Assembly: GCA_965261345.1 (NCBI GenBank)
Contig: OZ253449.1
Span: 1,984,001 to 2,048,000, forward strand
DNA from: Chloroflexota bacterium
GTDB lineage: Bacteria; Chloroflexota; UBA11872; VXNJ01
Reading direction: 5' to 3'
DNA length: 64,000 nt
Shown here: one piece after another, positions 59,747 to 64,000 of the stretch
How the letters are laid out: each line of letters begins with the position of its first letter
How positions within the stretch are numbered: the stretch's first letter is position 1
Translations under genes and position numbers: made by a program
Notes under the pieces: model-generated
The model's database searches: none
What the model was told of the DNA's origin: nothing
What the model saw: the letters and a program-made list of their open reading frames with translations, nothing else

Positions 59747-60304
59747 TTATTGGTCGAGTTCCGGCTTGACCGCTTCATCCGTTCGGCTGCCGCGGGTGCA
59801 CTGATAAGTTAGCTGTACCAAACTCGTGTCGAAGGCTTGGGTTTCGACCAAGGACATGACCTGCTGCGGTGTTTGGGGCGGGAACAGCCGAATGCCGTCT
59901 CCGAGGATTAGCGGGTGCACCGATAGCACCAACTGGTCGACTAAATCGCGTTGGAGAAATTCCCTAACGACCTGTCCGCCGCCCACGAGCCAGATGTTAT
60001 TATCCTGGCGCGCCTTGAGACCTGATACCAGGTTGGATAAGTTGCCGGATTCGAAACGAACGTTGGCATCAAGCTCGCCGGCCCGAGTGCGCGATAACGC
60101 CCAGCCTTCGATCTCGGGCCAGGGGTAATCCCCAAAACTAAGGATTTGTTCGTAGGTGGTGCGCCCCATAACGACCGCCCCAACCCCTGCGATAAAGTCT
60201 CGGAAGCCGTAATCCTGGTCGTGGAACAACCAGCCGACATCCCCGTCGCGGCGGGCGATGTATCCGTCGACACTGCAGGCAATGTAGGCAATTACCTTGG
60301 GCAC
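59747..60304 (-). CDS. Dihydrofolate reductase / RibD C-terminal family protein
   Basis: IACSVDGYIA, MGRTTYE, IWLVGGG, PLILGDG. Confidence 0.9.
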   Translation of the reverse strand: MPKVIAYIACSVDGYIARRDGDVGWLFHDQDYGFRDFIAGVGAVVMGRTTYEQILSFGDYPWPEIEGWALSRTRAGELDANVRFESGNLSNLVSGLKARQDNNIWLVGGGQVVREFLQRDLVDQLVLSVHPLILGDGIRLFPPQTPQQVMSLVETQAFDTSLVQLTYQCTRGSRTDEAVKPELDQ

Positions 60305-60469
60305 GCTATTTTTTCGCTTGGCTAGCGCGCCGGATTTGCGGCAGCGCATCCTGTAAGGCAGCGTGGGTGATCTTCTGGGGCAAGATCGTGACCGCTTTCA
60401 GCCCGCTGCGAACCCATGATATTCCCGGATGCCGATGCCGGATGGCCCGCCTGCCCGGGGCGAAGCAGG

Positions 60470-61601
60470 CTATCCAGTCCATCCGTGAAATGTTTGCCGA
60501 GGGCAGCAATTGCAGTTGGGGTTGGTCTCCCGGGATCCCAGCGGCGCCAGCTCGATGATCGACTCGCCGGCCGGGATTGTGCTGCGCCATGCTCGCCCGG
60601 CCGAGAACGAAAACGCGTCGACTCGCTGGCAGGTTTGTTCGATGTACCATTCAAGGCCCTCGCGACGCCCCAGCTCCGGTCGATCCCACATCCAGCTGAT
60701 CTGTACCAGGCGACGAATAGAGAGGAACAGAGGCAGTAGCGATAACGCGTCGTCGTCCAGCGGACGCACCGTGCGATAACCGGAGATCAGCGCACCTTGG
60801 ATCGCTTGGAAACTCGACCGATCATCGAGGCCAAATAGCGCGACCGCCAACTCGTATTGATGCCATCCGAATCCGGCGTCGTCGAAATCAATTGCGTGCG
60901 ATTTACTCGCATCGCCTACTGGGATGTTTTTGCAGGTAGGTCGGCGTGGATCATCGCGCAAATGCCCCCGTCCTTGCCGTAATCGCCCAGGATCGCTGCA
61001 ATGCCGTCTCGGGCCCGGGACAATATGTCTCGTTGCGCCGGTTCTAGCAGTGGAATATCCCAGAATCGTCCCCAGAACGGAGCCTTGCCGACGTAGCCAG
61101 GCACATCGAATGCGTCCGCGAAAATCCTGCCGGGGGCGTCCATCCGGGCGATTGGTTGTGAATTGTGGCGACGATCCGGCCGATCTGTCCAAATTGCTCG
61201 GAGATGTGGCCTTCATCGTTTTCTGAATCGATCACCTCGGCCAGCCGTGTACCGTCAATCCATTCGACGAGCCCTACGGCCCGACTCGACGTGCCCTCGG
61301 GTGTAACAACGGTGGCAAAACCCGGGCCATCCAGGGTGCGCAATCCAATCGGAACCGAAACCCCCGCATCCTCGAGCAACTGGGCCCAGATCAATTCCGA
61401 TTCAAGTTCCCATAGCGTGTGATACTCGGGCCGGTGAATCCGCAGGGCGTACGCGCAGCCGTCTGACATGTTGAGCTCAAAAACCGTGTTTTCGTTGCGC
61501 GAGACCAGCTCCATTTTGTAAGGCTTGAGCCCCCAGTACGGCAACGCTTGCTCGGCTAGCGCCCGCAGTTCCGCGTCACTTAGATTGGTCGGCTCAGGCA
61601 A
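60470..61601 (-). pseudogene. APH/type II homoserine kinase-like phosphotransferase with two frameshifts
   Basis: ENTVF, YALRIHR; frame breaks near 61115 and 60937 join FSR|HAFDV and HADL|H.KN; IDFDDAGFGW. Confidence 0.82.
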
Positions 61602-61605
61602 ACGA

Positions 61606-62892
61606 TCAGACGGGATCGGCGACGGCAGCCTCGAAGGCTTCCAGGAACATCTCGGCGTGCTCTTGTTTGAACACGAGCGGCGGGCGCAGTTTCAACACAT
61701 TGCCGTGTTCGCCCGCTCGGCCCATCAAGAACCCGGCCTGGCGAAGTCGATTGACTATCACATCCGCGCCGCCGGGATCGGGTTCCTTAGTCTGCCGATC
61801 CTTGACCCATTCGACCCCGATGAACAGGCCATGCCCACGCACATCGGCCATCGATTCGCAACGCCCCTGCATTCCGCGCAAACTGTTCTGCAACCGCGTA
61901 CCGACATTCGCCACGTTTTCGAGGAGATTTTCGCCCTCAATCACGTCGATTACTGCTTGTCCCACTGCTGCCTGCAACGGGCTGGATGCAAAGGTGTTGA
62001 AGTAGCCGGTGCTGGCGCGGAAGCTGCTGACCAGCTCCGGCGAGGCAACTACTCCCGCCAGGGGGAGGCCATTGCCCATCGGCTTGCCCATGCTGACGAT
62101 GTCGGGAATTACCCCAGACAACTCATAGCCCCACCAACGGCCGGTCCGACCAAACCCCGCCTGCACTTCGTCGCAGATGAACAGACCGCCACTGGCACGC
62201 ACCAGTTCAGCCGCCCGACCCATGAACCCCGATGGGATATTGGGAAGCCCTTCGTTAGCCAATATCGGGCACAGCAGCAACCCAGCAAACGAAATGCCGT
62301 CTTGAGCAAAACCCTCGATCTCGGCTGCAAGCCGAGCAAGATAAACGTCTGTTAGCGGTTGACCGTCGGGCGCATCGTCGATCGGGCGATAGCACTGTGG
62401 CACGGGGATGAAGCGGATCTCCGGACCGTGGTCATCGCCGCGCCGCCGTCCTAGTTTGCGCACCTCGGTGGAGTTGCCGTGATAAGCCGCATCGGTACAG
62501 ATCAACCCGCGTCCGCCGGTCGCGGCACGTGCCATCATGATCGCCACCTCGTTGGCCTCGGTGCCGCTGCACGTAAATACCGCGGTGCCGATCGGATCGG
62601 GGTGAAGGCCAGTTAGCCGCTCGGCGTAGTTGAGGATCCCCTCATGCAGGTAGCGCGAGTGGACGTTCAACGTCTCCGTCTGGCGCCGCATGGCCGCCAC
62701 GACATGCGGGTTGGCGTGCCCGACGCAAGGCACATTGTTGTAGAGGTCGAGGTAGCGGCGCCCGTTGGGGTCGTAGAGCCAGACCCCTTCTCCACGAACG
62801 ATGTGAACCGGATCCTCGTAAAAGGTGGCGATGCCGGTACCGAGCAGTCGTTTGCGACGGGCCAGAAGCTCATCTGGATTTGCGGTAGTCAT
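61606..62892 (-). CDS. Class III PLP aminotransferase / phospho-lyase-like
   Basis: YLDLYNNV, CSGTEAN, AYHG, DEVQAGFGRTG, MGKPMGNG, YFNTF. Confidence 0.9.
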   Translation of the reverse strand: MTTANPDELLARRKRLLGTGIATFYEDPVHIVRGEGVWLYDPNGRRYLDLYNNVPCVGHANPHVVAAMRRQTETLNVHSRYLHEGILNYAERLTGLHPDPIGTAVFTCSGTEANEVAIMMARAATGGRGLICTDAAYHGNSTEVRKLGRRRGDDHGPEIRFIPVPQCYRPIDDAPDGQPLTDVYLARLAAEIEGFAQDGISFAGLLLCPILANEGLPNIPSGFMGRAAELVRASGGLFICDEVQAGFGRTGRWWGYELSGVIPDIVSMGKPMGNGLPLAGVVASPELVSSFRASTGYFNTFASSPLQAAVGQAVIDVIEGENLLENVANVGTRLQNSLRGMQGRCESMADVRGHGLFIGVEWVKDRQTKEPDPGGADVIVNRLRQAGFLMGRAGEHGNVLKLRPPLVFKQEHAEMFLEAFEAAVADPV

Positions 62893-63750
62893 GTACTGAT
62901 TGTGGGCGGCGCCACAAATGGTTGCAAGTCTGGGGGCTCAGACATCGCCGGGTCAGAGCCTGCGGGGGAGGGAGTCGGCGGAAGGCAGCCATAGGCGGCT
63001 CTGGGGGAATTTGATTGGCCCCCGCTCTGGACGCGTCAGCAATGAACATTATCTCCCGCCGCCGCGCGGCCGCACTCTAGGAGTTGGCAGCCCACCAGTG
63101 CCTAGGCCACATACCTGGCGGCAGCTGCAATTTGGTCGGAAAGGCGCCGGTGCATTCAATCCCGGCCACGCTGTTGGTCTGCAAACTAGGAAATTTGGGA
63201 CTGCGCTAACGATGGCGCCCCCGCTGCGAAAGTCGTCAGGGCAACCCGGGTTACGTCCGGGCAAAAGGTGGAACCGTCCTCGCCGGAGGCCATCGTCTAG
63301 CAATTCACAATCGGCGGATCCGAATCTCAGTCGGAGGAGTCGCTGACCCTAAATTGCCCGAATTTCAACAGCGCGGTGCGTTCACTTCAACCGCACACTT
63401 GTGGCTCAAGCACGGCCTGAAGTTGCTGTTGGTAAGTTTGAAACTTGTGGTTGGAAGCACCCCGCCCCAATGTCGAAAAATTCGGGAAAAGTCGGCAGAT
63501 GCCAGTTCGTGACAAGTAACAGCTTCGACCCGGAAAGCATTTCATTTCCCGGCAGCCCCCCACTTTGCCTCCCCAATCCTTAATGTCGGGACTCGATTCG
63601 GCGAGGCGAACGTGTCCGATGCCTCCGATCCAATGGCCCGATCCCGGCGGGACGCCGCAGCTCGCATGGGGCATCGAAATGATTGGAAATTTATTGGAGC
63701 CAAGTTGCGCCGAATAGGATGACACCACCCCAGCCAGCGGCAGATGATCC

Positions 63751-64000
63751 ATGACCAGCGAAATTGCCTTCTCAACGATTGAAGAACTCGCGCCCCGAAT
63801 TGCGGCTGGCGAACTGTCGCCGGTCGAGATGACGCAGATGCAGCTGGACCGGATTTCTACGGTCGATGGGCGGTTGAAAAGCTTTGCGACGGTCATGGCT
63901 GATTCGGCTCTGGCCGAAGCGCGGCGCGCACACGACGAGATCGCCTCTGGAAGCTATCGCGGCCCGCTGCACGGCGTGCCAATCGCGGTTAAAGATCTCT
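63751..64000 (+). CDS. Amidase signature family protein, N-terminal part
   Basis: Manual translation MTSEIAFSTIEELA..LSPVE..YRGPLHGVPIAVKDL; runs off window. Confidence 0.85.
   Translation, partial: MTSEIAFSTIEELAPRIAAGELSPVEMTQMQLDRISTVDGRLKSFATVMADSALAEARRAHDEIASGSYRGPLHGVPIAVKDL

Overview
GC-rich bacterial chromosomal window (roughly 60-65% GC by eye). The dcw layout, DnaE RGS variant and DnaQ-UvrC fusion suggest Chloroflexota (inference). Contents in order: a partner-switching signalling operon (STAS, REC-PP2C, anti-sigma kinase, solute-binding protein, partial sensor); SDR, aminotransferase, an FGE/sulfatase pair, FIST protein, glutaredoxin and ilvD; a reduced dcw cluster (mraZ-rsmH-ftsL-ftsI-ftsW-murG-murC-murB-ftsQ-ftsA-ftsZ-yggS-yggT-hisS) with MraZ boxes; RNase HI, citrate synthase, MFS transporters, a divergent CoA transferase, larCB, eno, FGGY kinase, dnaE, DnaQ-UvrC, pabB-like, tRNA-Cys, tRNA-Phe, ppk2-Nudix, amt, an antiporter, a kinase pseudogene with a class III aminotransferase, and a partial amidase. 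The standout is a 1484-bp element (50444-51927). It has 19-bp terminal inverted repeats and an exact 8-bp target-site duplication, resembling IS1595 DDE-type ends. Its only gene is a frameshifted tnpB RNA-guided nuclease, whose predicted omega-RNA would run through the TIR into flanking DNA. It inserted exactly on the start codon of an ADP-ribosylglycohydrolase gene. No CRISPR array or rRNA was seen.
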